A stretch of DNA of 64,000 bases. Source: a virus. The notes under the pieces were generated by a model. That model was not told where the DNA came from, ran no database searches, and saw only the letters and a list, made by a program, of their open reading frames with translations. The DNA lies in IMG/VR virus record IMGVR_UViG_3300031576_000013, positions 30,809 through 94,808 of that record. One strand, 5' to 3'. Position numbers and translations under genes: made by a program. The stretch's first letter is position 1, and every line of letters begins with the position of its first letter. This document shows positions 26,668 through 35,665 of this stretch, one piece after another.

Positions 26668-29592
26668 ATGTCGATCCACAAAGCTCTAGCAGCTACCGAA
26701 ATCCACATTTTGTACGCGTTCTCGTTCGCGAGCGCCGCCGCTCGTGAAGGCGCGACTGGCTTGGTTGCAGCCGATGTCGGGAAGGTTGCATGGCAGACCG
26801 ACGATAATTCCTTCTGGGTTCTTACCGACGAGAGCCCGGTCACGTGGGTTTCGCTCGGCGGAAGCGGCGGTTTCGCTTCGTCGATCGCGATCAAAAATCA
26901 GTGCCGGGTGGCGAGCACCGCGAACATCGCATCTCTGTCGACGCTGTTGACGCTTGATGGCGTGACAGTCGCTGCCGGAGATCGCGTTCTCGTCAAGGAT
27001 CAAACAACGCTTAGTGAGAACGGCATCTACGTCGCCGCTGTCGGCGCCTGGACGCGAGCGAGCGACTTTGATTCCACCGCTGAGGTCAAAGGCGGCGTCC
27101 TTGTCGTTGTCTCGGAAGGCACGACGCAGTTTGATTCGATTTGGACGCTTGCGACCAACGATCCGATTACAGTCGGCGTCACCGGCCTGGTCTTCACTAC
27201 CGGTACGGTTACGCTCACAACGGCGGCGCCAGCCGATGTCACCAAAGCCGCAGCCGTCGTCGGCGTAGCGATTACCGCTGCCAGGGCCGATCACAAGCAC
27301 GACATCTCAACGGCTGCCGCCGCTGAATCTATCGATATTGGCGATACGGCCGCCGAAGGTTCTGCTTCTTCGCTTGCCCGCTCCGATCATCGTCACGCCT
27401 TCCCTGCTCCCTCTTCTGGGTACCCCGTCAATGTCGAGAATTCGGAATCTGATGGGACCGCGACGACGTCCGCCAGATCGGATCACCAACATAAGCTCGG
27501 CATTGGAACCACCAAGGGCGACGTTCTCGCGCATGATGGTACGACGTTTCAGCGGCTTCCGGTCGGGGTCGACAGTTTCGTCTTAACGGCCGACACCGCC
27601 GAAGCAAGCGGCGTCAAGTGGAACGCACCGAGTGCCGCCGACTGGCCGATTGGAACTGTTCGGTTCTTCATGCTTTCGCCCACCGGGTTGGACACGAACG
27701 TCGGTTTTGCCGATGGCGCTCCCGATGCTGCGAAAGCCGTCAAGACAATCGCTAAGTTGAAAACGCTGATCCCCCGTTTCGGCAACGGGCGTTCGGTCGT
27801 AATCGTGATCGAGGCTGGCGATTACTCTACCGAGGATCTCGAGTTCACCGATTACCATGCGTATCGGTTGTTTCTGGTACGTGGAACTGTGACCGATCCG
27901 ACAGGCGCATCTGTAGCGTTTGCCAATGACCTTGCAGACAAGATCGTCGATGGTTATGTCCGCGCACCAAGTACTGAAACGCTTGGTTACAGAGTCGATG
28001 GCGCTCCAACGGTCACATTATTTTCCTGCGTAAAAAACGTCGATGGTACTCCTCCCGGATTACCCGTCGAACCAGCCCTGCTCGGAATGCGTGTTCGCTT
28101 TGACGCCCTGACGCCGACCGTCGCATTGCGGAACGTGACGACGACTATCTGGAAAAACACTACAACTGCAATCACAGATTCAAATGATTTTCCAGCCGTA
28201 CCTGTAGCTGGCGGTCCTGGCGTCGGCGACGTTTTCTATATCGAGCGGCCTGGTGTCGACGTCGATCAGTTAGTGGTCGATGGTATGATAACGCGTACGA
28301 GGCTGGGAACATCGCCTACACCCATAGCGATCCCACCAATATTTTCAGGGATCAATGCTAAGGCTGTGACTACGCCGATCATAATACAGGGAAATGTTCG
28401 TATCGACCTGGTCGGTGTTCATGCTGCCGGAGCGACCGCACTTCCATTCACCGCGCAATACGTGCCAAATCTGCGAATGGTCGGCACGTACACCGATGAA
28501 GCTGGCGTCACGATAAGTGTCGGTAATGGCGGGCGGATTGTTGCGACAGCTAGCACAATCACCGCTTCGTTGACCAACGTTGGTGGGCTTTTTCAACGTA
28601 CCGCTTTTGTAGGCGGTTCAGGTGTTTTTGCAGCCGGCGGCGCGGGTCGAGCGTTCAACCTTTCCACCGGCAACGTCATCGTTGGCGGGCGTTTGGCGGC
28701 GTCAGGCGCCGGGAATCTGTTCAGCATCGGCAACGCCGGTGGCACCACCGCACGTCGACTTCGCTTCACGGCAAACACCGCCGGCGTCGATTTGGATTTG
28801 ACCGACGCCAACCATTTCAAGGTTTTTGGCGTCGAGAACGACACGTTACCCGCAGGGATTGGACCGATCCGCTTGAATGGAAACTTTCCTTCCGTCGACC
28901 TTGATGACGTCGTCATGAGTGCTGCTGGGTCAGGGTTCGGCTTGAATATGAATTGTCGTCATGCCCGCGTGAACATGGGCACGACGACGGCGATCACGAT
29001 TACAACTCCGACGGGACAGGAGATCATCTCGGGAACCGGCGGCGGCGGCCCGGTGTTCAGGTTTGCAGACGTTCAGGATCGTCATATTACCGTTAGGGAC
29101 GATCTCGGCAACGTCTTCACGAGACATCAAACTACCGATATCAACACAGCTCCCGAAATCGGGTTGACGCTCTCTGCGACTGCTTACCCATTATATGCGC
29201 AATTCAGAGTCGTACGGCGGGTAACCGGCGCGGCCGATGGAGAGTTCGGCGTCGCCAAGGCTGATGCGGCGAGCACGTCGGATCGCATTCTCGGTGTCCT
29301 GATGACAGATACGTTAGTCTCGCCGCGTGGGCGCATCGCAACACACGGTCCCGCAGTCTTGGAATTCGACGCGGACCCGGGAACTGCTCCCGCGCTCGTT
29401 TATTTATCGCACCTGGACGACGGCAGTATCGCAGGTTTGGGGCGAATCACGCCGCCACCCAGCAACGGTTTGAACCAAAAACTTCGTCTTGGACATTTGC
29501 TTCGCCGTTTAACGACGATCGCGCCGTTTCTCGGCGTCGTCGATCTGCATCCCGAGTTGATCCCGATAACATCGGACGGAGCAACGCCATAA
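26668..29592 (+). CDS. Large fibre protein (CRVA domain, ARxDHxH repeats, beta-helix-like region)
   Basis: KNQCRVASTANI..DRVLVKDQ..ENGIY; three ARxDHxH repeats; AKAVKTI motif preceding a beta-helix-like region. Confidence 0.75.
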   Translation: MSIHKALAATEIHILYAFSFASAAAREGATGLVAADVGKVAWQTDDNSFWVLTDESPVTWVSLGGSGGFASSIAIKNQCRVASTANIASLSTLLTLDGVTVAAGDRVLVKDQTTLSENGIYVAAVGAWTRASDFDSTAEVKGGVLVVVSEGTTQFDSIWTLATNDPITVGVTGLVFTTGTVTLTTAAPADVTKAAAVVGVAITAARADHKHDISTAAAAESIDIGDTAAEGSASSLARSDHRHAFPAPSSGYPVNVENSESDGTATTSARSDHQHKLGIGTTKGDVLAHDGTTFQRLPVGVDSFVLTADTAEASGVKWNAPSAADWPIGTVRFFMLSPTGLDTNVGFADGAPDAAKAVKTIAKLKTLIPRFGNGRSVVIVIEAGDYSTEDLEFTDYHAYRLFLVRGTVTDPTGASVAFANDLADKIVDGYVRAPSTETLGYRVDGAPTVTLFSCVKNVDGTPPGLPVEPALLGMRVRFDALTPTVALRNVTTTIWKNTTTAITDSNDFPAVPVAGGPGVGDVFYIERPGVDVDQLVVDGMITRTRLGTSPTPIAIPPIFSGINAKAVTTPIIIQGNVRIDLVGVHAAGATALPFTAQYVPNLRMVGTYTDEAGVTISVGNGGRIVATASTITASLTNVGGLFQRTAFVGGSGVFAAGGAGRAFNLSTGNVIVGGRLAASGAGNLFSIGNAGGTTARRLRFTANTAGVDLDLTDANHFKVFGVENDTLPAGIGPIRLNGNFPSVDLDDVVMSAAGSGFGLNMNCRHARVNMGTTTAITITTPTGQEIISGTGGGGPVFRFADVQDRHITVRDDLGNVFTRHQTTDINTAPEIGLTLSATAYPLYAQFRVVRRVTGAADGEFGVAKADAASTSDRILGVLMTDTLVSPRGRIATHGPAVLEFDADPGTAPALVYLSHLDDGSIAGLGRITPPPSNGLNQKLRLGHLLRRLTTIAPFLGVVDLHPELIPITSDGATP

Positions 29593-29915
29593 TGTACCAG
29601 GTTACCGTCGACGTCTCGCTGGCTTGCACCGATGGTCCCCGAGCGCCTGGGAAGTGCGTTGTACGTGTTTACACGTACTTGACGGTCGACGAACTGCAAA
29701 TCACGGAACATGCTATCATTTTGCAAGACGGTACATCTCAAGGCGTGAGGACCAAAGCGATCGATCCAGCGCATCCGTACGAGCAAACTGAAACTTTTTC
29801 GCTGAGTACACCTACCGGATGCGCTGATTTCAATGCCGCGTTTCCTGGGGTCGGTTCACCAACAGCGGTAGAAAGTTATCTTCGTATTAAAGGGCTGCTT
29901 CCTCCGGTAATTTGA
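29592..29915 (+). CDS. Hypothetical protein
   Basis: TAATG coupling to the fibre gene. Confidence 0.55.
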   Translation: MYQVTVDVSLACTDGPRAPGKCVVRVYTYLTVDELQITEHAIILQDGTSQGVRTKAIDPAHPYEQTETFSLSTPTGCADFNAAFPGVGSPTAVESYLRIKGLLPPVI

Positions 29916-29916
29916 A

Positions 29917-31422
29917 ATGTCAGAGCTAACCACATCACAAGCCGCAATAATTGCCGCCGCACTCGCGCCCGGTTCTCGGACGCCTGTTCGTCTAGCAACG
30001 ATCGTCTCAATCACGCTCTCTACGAATCAATCGATTGACGGTGTCGTTACTGCTACTGGCGATCGTATTCTTGTAAAGAATCAAGCGACCGCGAGCGAAA
30101 ACGGGATCTATCTGGCCGCCGTTGGGGCATGGACCCGCGCTGCCGATTTCGATGAAGACGCGGAGGTCAAGGGCGGCGAGTTGATCCCGGTCTCGGAAGG
30201 TTCCACGCAAGCCGACACGGTTTGGCAACTGACGACCAACGATCCGGTCGTTGTAGGCGTCACGTCGCTCGTCTACGATTTGTATGGTCGATTGACATCG
30301 ACTGCGCCTGCGGACGTAATAAAAGCTGCCGCTGTAGTCGGTACTGCTGTTACAGCCGCACGTGCCGATCACAAGCACGATGTTACAACTGCCGCACCAG
30401 GCACGATTGCAGTAGGTGATGCAGCAACCGAAGGTACGGCGACCTCCCTTGCGAGATCCGACCATCTTCATGCGCTTACCGCTCCTGCGGCTCCTGCCGA
30501 TGTCACTAAGGCCGCTGCGAGTGCAGGAACGGCAACTACTGTTGCTCGTGCAGATCACAAACATGATATTTCGACAGCTTCGCCAAGCGCCGCTCTTGAC
30601 ATTGGGGACAGCGCAGCTGAAGGCACAGCGACCAGCCTCGCACGAAGCGACCATCAGCATTCTTTTCCAGCACCGACAGCTGGCTATCCAGTAGATGTAG
30701 CGGGGACCGAAGCTGACGGTACCGCTACGACGCCTGCTCGTTCAGACCACCAGCATAAGCTCGGCATTCTAACGACGACGGGCGACATCATTACGTACTC
30801 GACGCTGCCTGTGAGGCGCGCGGTAGGCACTAATGGCCAGGTTCTCACGGCGGACTCGGCCGAAGCAGACGGCGTGAAGTGGGCTGCGGCAGGTGGTGGT
30901 AGTAGCTTTCCCAAGTTTCACCTGTACGGTGACCAGCTCGCCAGCCCGAACTCGGCGAACTGGATCGTCAACGCGATGGCTCCTGCGGCGGCCGACTCGC
31001 TCAACGCCGCGCTCACCGTGCGGCGGTTCGACGACACGACCGAGGAGGGCGTCGGCTTCATACTTCGCATCCCCGCGTCGGCCACGAACATCATCATCGG
31101 CATGGTGACCCGGGCGCAGACGGCCCCTGGCGCCGCCCGCACCGTCGGCGTCAAGCTCTACTTCCGGCAGATCCCGGACAACGCGGCCGTGTCCACGACG
31201 TGGGCCGGCGCCAACGACGGCAGCCACGTCCTAGCCGACATCGCCATCCCGGCGAATACAAACTTCCAGTACGCCACGCAGACGCTCGCGCTCACGGCGA
31301 CCACGCCTGACCTCGTGGCCGACAAGCTCTACCAGGTGGAAGTGACGCGCATCAACCCGACGGCCGGCACGGAACTCGTCGGCGACTGGAATCTGCTCGA
31401 ACTGACGGCGGCCTTCTCATGA
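29917..31422 (+). CDS. Fibre protein, paralog of the N-terminal part of 26668
   Basis: VRLAT..DRILVKNQ..ENGIY; five ARxDHxH repeats; VGTNGQVLTADS..GVKW. Confidence 0.75.
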   Translation: MSELTTSQAAIIAAALAPGSRTPVRLATIVSITLSTNQSIDGVVTATGDRILVKNQATASENGIYLAAVGAWTRAADFDEDAEVKGGELIPVSEGSTQADTVWQLTTNDPVVVGVTSLVYDLYGRLTSTAPADVIKAAAVVGTAVTAARADHKHDVTTAAPGTIAVGDAATEGTATSLARSDHLHALTAPAAPADVTKAAASAGTATTVARADHKHDISTASPSAALDIGDSAAEGTATSLARSDHQHSFPAPTAGYPVDVAGTEADGTATTPARSDHQHKLGILTTTGDIITYSTLPVRRAVGTNGQVLTADSAEADGVKWAAAGGGSSFPKFHLYGDQLASPNSANWIVNAMAPAAADSLNAALTVRRFDDTTEEGVGFILRIPASATNIIIGMVTRAQTAPGAARTVGVKLYFRQIPDNAAVSTTWAGANDGSHVLADIAIPANTNFQYATQTLALTATTPDLVADKLYQVEVTRINPTAGTELVGDWNLLELTAAFS

Positions 31423-32111
31423 GCGTGAAGGTAACATCGGCATCGAACAACAACTTGCAGCGTCCGTCGGACGACGCGGCGCTCGCACCGGCGCAACTGA
31501 CCATCGCGTGCTGGATCAAGATGCATGTCGTGTCCGGGACGCAGGATCTCATCAGCAAAAGCGGCGTTTCGAGCGATCTGTCTTATGGATGGCGGCTCAC
31601 ATCTGCTGGCATTTTGGAACTGGGCACGAGCACAGACGGTACTTCGTTCAACACGACAAGTAGCGTCTCGACCATCGTAGTGGACACCTGCTATCACCTC
31701 TGCATGACCCACTCCACGACGGCAAAAACCCTCTACATCAACGGCGTGCAGGATGCGACTGGCGCAGGTCCCGGCGCCCTGTTCAACAGCACCGTCGCTC
31801 TGCACATCGGAGACCGCACCGACGGTGCAAATAACTCGAACTTCTTCATGGAAGACCTGCGGTTCTACAACCGGGCGCTGTCGCAGGCCGAGGTAGAGAC
31901 GATTTTTGCGTGCCAAGGCACGGATGGCATCATGCAGGGTGGCATCGCGCGGTATCAGATGGACGAGGGGGCGCCGGGCGTTATTATTGGCGAGACTGCG
32001 CATGTCAAGGACGTGTGGAACAACGCGCTCCACCTCAGCGCCCTTGGCACCACGCGGCCATCATGGGAAGAAGGCTTGATTGTGCACGCAAGACGGAGAC
32101 GCGCAGCGTAA
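31419..32111 (+). CDS. LamG/concanavalin A-like domain protein
   Basis: LTIACWIK, YHLCMT, LYINGV, IG..., DLRFYNRALS..EV. Confidence 0.85.
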   Translation: MSVKVTSASNNNLQRPSDDAALAPAQLTIACWIKMHVVSGTQDLISKSGVSSDLSYGWRLTSAGILELGTSTDGTSFNTTSSVSTIVVDTCYHLCMTHSTTAKTLYINGVQDATGAGPGALFNSTVALHIGDRTDGANNSNFFMEDLRFYNRALSQAEVETIFACQGTDGIMQGGIARYQMDEGAPGVIIGETAHVKDVWNNALHLSALGTTRPSWEEGLIVHARRRRAA

Positions 32112-32123
32112 AAGGAATCGTCA

Positions 32124-32663
32124 ATGGCTCTTTTGATTCACAGAACGACGTTCGAGACCAAATATGATGATCCGAACGATCATCCATTAGCGGATTACAT
32201 CCAGCGTGGCCGAGGCGCCGATAACTCGGATCTCGACGCGCTCGTGAACATCCCGAAGAAATACTGGAAAGTCGTTGACGATGATCGCCTCGCAGCTATG
32301 GACACGGGTGAACGCGCTGTGGTCGATGCAGCTGCGGTTCCAAGCCTAAAAGGAGCTGCGCTCAGTGCTCTCGGTTTGCAGGTCACTGAGTACATCGGTG
32401 CCAAATACAGCGAACCACTTCAACGTACACTGTTGGCACTCGAACAAAAGGCCCGCGCCGACGGAAAAATCAACAAGGCCAACTACATCAAACAGCTTTT
32501 TGATTGGGCGGAAAACGTTCTCGGATATTACGTTACGAAAGCGGGTGAATTGAGTGCCGCTGCCGACGTAGCAGCGTTGACAGCAATTTCGATCGATCTC
32601 ACACAATTCGACGCAAGTGATCCCCAGATCAAACTTCCAAACGTCCTTGCAATTACCGATTGA
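32124..32663 (+). CDS. Fibre assembly-like protein
   Basis: PKKYWKV..D...MD..ER..VD motif; follows the LamG gene. Confidence 0.55.
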   Translation: MALLIHRTTFETKYDDPNDHPLADYIQRGRGADNSDLDALVNIPKKYWKVVDDDRLAAMDTGERAVVDAAAVPSLKGAALSALGLQVTEYIGAKYSEPLQRTLLALEQKARADGKINKANYIKQLFDWAENVLGYYVTKAGELSAAADVAALTAISIDLTQFDASDPQIKLPNVLAITD

Positions 32664-33034
32664 TTATGCGCCGGAAGTTGACAACTATCCTGCTTGTGAC
32701 GGGGATCGCAATCTACGTCGTTTGGGATATTTACGTCGCGTTCGTAGAGCATTCGTTGATCTCAGGGACCGGTGGAACGATCTCCGAAGTCACATTGAGC
32801 TACGCCGAACAGCATCCACAATTGCCCTACGCTGTCGGAGGCGTTTGCGGGCATCTGTTTACTCGTGTAGCTAAAGCGTCACAACGTTTGCTTCGAATCG
32901 GAATTCTTAGTTCGATAGCGATCAACTTGACAGTTGCGGACGTGTTCGTCAATTTTGCGGTACCGCCGCTTGCGATGTTGCTGATCGGCCTTCCTCTAGG
33001 CATCGTCTTGTGGCCACAAGTCAGGAGTGAATAA
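32660..33034 (+). CDS. Membrane protein
   Basis: Several hydrophobic segments; TISEV...HP..P...G...GHLF. Confidence 0.6.
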   Translation: MIMRRKLTTILLVTGIAIYVVWDIYVAFVEHSLISGTGGTISEVTLSYAEQHPQLPYAVGGVCGHLFTRVAKASQRLLRIGILSSIAINLTVADVFVNFAVPPLAMLLIGLPLGIVLWPQVRSE

Positions 33035-33036
33035 AC

Positions 33037-33324
33037 GTGGGCGATACGCTATTACAGTACGGCGCTATCGGCGCGATTTTGATGGCAACGCTCACCGTAT
33101 TCTTGTGGGCATTCAAGCGGTTGTTCGATCATTTCTTGAATCAGCAAGACAAGAAAGAAGAACGCATTGGCACATTCATGGATGAATCAGTCGGTGCGAT
33201 GCGCGACATTCGTGAGCAAATAAAGATCGGAAACATGGAGTTGCTCGCGGAGATCAGAGCCCTTTCCGCCGCGCACGTCAGCCGAATCGTCGAGGAGATC
33301 AAGGAACGGAGGCCGTCGAGGTAA
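33037..33324 (+). CDS. Single-TM holin-like protein
   Basis: LLQYGAIGAIL TM helix followed by charged coiled coil. Confidence 0.55.
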   Translation: MGDTLLQYGAIGAILMATLTVFLWAFKRLFDHFLNQQDKKEERIGTFMDESVGAMRDIREQIKIGNMELLAEIRALSAAHVSRIVEEIKERRPSR

Positions 33325-33573
33325 ATGCTGCCCCCAAGAATCGAGGTCGCTAGCGGACCGATTAACGGGGCGAACAAGAAGTTCGCGACGGTTGAATTGT
33401 TTGTTCCTGGATCATTGGTTGTGCTTTTGAACGGCGTCGCGCTCGAAGGGACGCTCGACAACGGGTGGACCGAAACTGGCGGCAACGAATTCACGGTGAA
33501 AGAAGCGCCGATCGTCGGTGACGTGATTCAAGCCTTCTATCGACCGGTCGCGGGCTTCGCGCCGCCTTGTTGA
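33325..33573 (+). CDS. Small virion beta-domain protein
   Basis: G.INGANK.F...GSL.V.LNG...EAP..GDVIQAFY; paralog of the next gene. Confidence 0.65.
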   Translation: MLPPRIEVASGPINGANKKFATVELFVPGSLVVLLNGVALEGTLDNGWTETGGNEFTVKEAPIVGDVIQAFYRPVAGFAPPC

Positions 33574-33580
33574 GAGAACC

Positions 33581-33934
33581 GTGGGCGTTGCCCGTATAGC
33601 CGCATGTACCGGCGCTGTTGATGGCGTGAACGTCACGTTTTTCACACCCACGCCCTACAGCGCGTTGAGCTTGGTCGCGATGGTCAACGGCCAAGCAAAG
33701 GTGGCGGCCAACGACGACGGCTTCATCGAAACCAACCCCGCGACGGGGGAATTCACGTTGAAGGAGGCGCCGCTAGTTCATGACGTGATCCAAGCGTTCT
33801 ACATCGACACAACGCCCGATCCATTCGAGGGCGTCGAACCGATCGTCGGCGTTTTGATCGATCTCGACTTCATCGCGGGTGTCGTTCGTGATCCCGAAGT
33901 ACTTGTAGGCCGTCTCCATGAATGCGAAGATTGA
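33581..33934 (+). CDS. Small virion beta-domain protein
   Basis: GAVDGVN..F...SL...VNG...EAP..HDVIQAFY. Confidence 0.65.
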   Translation: MGVARIAACTGAVDGVNVTFFTPTPYSALSLVAMVNGQAKVAANDDGFIETNPATGEFTLKEAPLVHDVIQAFYIDTTPDPFEGVEPIVGVLIDLDFIAGVVRDPEVLVGRLHECED

Positions 33935-33937
33935 GCC

Positions 33938-34315
33938 GTGGCCACGATCGTAACGGTTGCACCGCCTGTCGTCGAAGTCGGGATCGCGAAAGGGTCCACG
34001 AAAACGCTCGAGCTCAGCGTTATCGACGCCGTCGATGCACCCGTCAATCTGACCGGGGCGATCGTCACCTTTACGGTCAAAAAGAGCATCACGGACGTGA
34101 CTGCGCAGATCGTGAAGTCTTCGACTGACGTCGATGAAATTCTGATTACGAATCCGACCGGCGGTGTTGCCAGAATATTTTTGATCCCGACCGATACAAG
34201 TACGAAGGCGACCGGCCGCTACATCTTCGATATCTGGGTCGAGCTCTCTGGCGGCAAGAAGTACCAAGTTATCGGGCCGAGCACATTCACGATCAACCCG
34301 GCAGTCACACCGTAG
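33938..34315 (+). CDS. BppU N-terminal-like virion protein
   Basis: PVNLTGA.V.FTVK...G...I.L.PTDT....GRY.FDI. Confidence 0.7.
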   Translation: MATIVTVAPPVVEVGIAKGSTKTLELSVIDAVDAPVNLTGAIVTFTVKKSITDVTAQIVKSSTDVDEILITNPTGGVARIFLIPTDTSTKATGRYIFDIWVELSGGKKYQVIGPSTFTINPAVTP

Positions 34316-34326
34316 GAGGCAAGTCG

Positions 34327-34737
34327 ATGGAAAACGCGAACGATCTATGGTCCGTCTTCATGACGAAAGAGTTCGGCATCGCGTGCGTCGCGATCGTTGC
34401 GATCATGTGGACGCTGAAGAAGGCAGCCAAGCAGGCGGCCCCGGCCCTCTACATCAAAGGATGGTTTCAGGCGATCATGACGCTCCTCAACCTCGGTTTC
34501 GGTTGCGTCGTCGCGATTCCAAAGGACTTTTTGGTCGGCAAGACTTACGGTCAGCGCGTACTGCTTGGTTTGTGCGCGGGGCTACTCAGCCACACATTCT
34601 ATTCGGCGGTGATCAAGCGCATAACCGCATTCGTCGAAGGGCGTAGTACGGACAAAGAAGCAGCACGCACCAGCGCTTCGATCGCAGCAGTACCCGAATC
34701 GACGCCGAAGCCGGGGAACCCAGAAGGAGGGAAATAG
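34327..34737 (+). CDS. Holin-like membrane protein
   Basis: Three hydrophobic segments; directly upstream of the endolysin. Confidence 0.65.
   Translation: MENANDLWSVFMTKEFGIACVAIVAIMWTLKKAAKQAAPALYIKGWFQAIMTLLNLGFGCVVAIPKDFLVGKTYGQRVLLGLCAGLLSHTFYSAVIKRITAFVEGRSTDKEAARTSASIAAVPESTPKPGNPEGGK
34712..34726 (+). repeat. Dispersed 15-bp motif, exact copy
   Basis: 3' end of holin-like gene, at the endolysin RBS. Confidence 0.9.
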
Positions 34738-35403
34738 GTGGCTCGCATCAGCGAGATCGAACCACTTCACAAGGCGTTCCGTTCGAGACTCGAAAGAGTC
34801 CTGCGCGGACTCGCTTCGGAGCAGATCCCGCTGCGAGTCTACGAATCGGCGCGATCGCCATTTCGCCAAGCCGAGCTGTACGCTCGCGGCAGAGTCCCGG
34901 GTTACGGAACTCCTGGGCGGACGGTCACGAAAGCCTGCGCTTTCAGAAGTTTTCACCAGTACGGCCTAGCGGTCGATATGGTTTTCGATCTAGATCCAAC
35001 CAATCGCGACCAGTGGGTTTGGGGTATCCCCAAAAGTCAGGATCCGGTACTTCACGATCGCATCGAGAGTTGGTGGAAGCGGTACACGGAAATCTCCGGA
35101 AATGAAGGATTGATTCAGCTTTCCTTCGAGAAGCCTCACATCCAGCTGGGCGATACGAAGACCGAGCTTCCCAAATTGCTACGTGGTGAATATCCGCCTG
35201 GAGGCGGGTCGACTTGGGAAACGTGGTTCAACCAGCAAGTTCAAATCTGGGGACCGGCGGCCCGAAAAGAAATCGGCGTATCGCATCCAGGAGCACCGCC
35301 GAGTGTCACCGAACGCCCAGCATTCGACGCGGATTCGCCGGTCGACCCCGAATTGGTAGCGATGCTCGAGTCGTCTAACGCTGCCGATGAACAATCTGCC
35401 TGA
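34738..35403 (+). CDS. Endolysin, M15 family peptidase
   Basis: RS..RQ.ELYA.GR..PG..VT.A...SFHQYGLAVD...EKPHIQL. Confidence 0.9.
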   Translation: MARISEIEPLHKAFRSRLERVLRGLASEQIPLRVYESARSPFRQAELYARGRVPGYGTPGRTVTKACAFRSFHQYGLAVDMVFDLDPTNRDQWVWGIPKSQDPVLHDRIESWWKRYTEISGNEGLIQLSFEKPHIQLGDTKTELPKLLRGEYPPGGGSTWETWFNQQVQIWGPAARKEIGVSHPGAPPSVTERPAFDADSPVDPELVAMLESSNAADEQSA

Positions 35404-35665
35404 GCCACGGCTGCCGCCGCGAAGGCGCGTGATCGTCGCGCCGCGATTTTGCGACGAATGTAAGATCGGCGAGGTCGTTTACACCGCACAGCCGGGGCGC
35501 TTGGCGACTTTTCGAGGTGTTCAAGTCGAGCTGCCGGCCGACGTGCGCATCCCTACGTGTAAAAACTGCGGGACCGAATGGGTTGACGCCGAGACGTCGA
35601 AAACAATCAACAGATCTCTGTTGCGCGCCTACGAAGATCTTCTACGCCGAAGCGCGCAACGGTAA
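35387..35665 (+). CDS. YgiT/MqsA-type zinc ribbon protein lacking HTH
   Basis: CDEC..G...FRG......CKNCG.EW; ends after one helix. Confidence 0.65.
   Translation: MNNLPEPRLPPRRRVIVAPRFCDECKIGEVVYTAQPGRLATFRGVQVELPADVRIPTCKNCGTEWVDAETSKTINRSLLRAYEDLLRRSAQR

Noticed and set aside
26811-26825. Partial motif matches (CTTCTGGGTTC at 26811; others near 3415 and 38862)
   Set aside because: Too short or degenerate to distinguish from chance without a scored scan.
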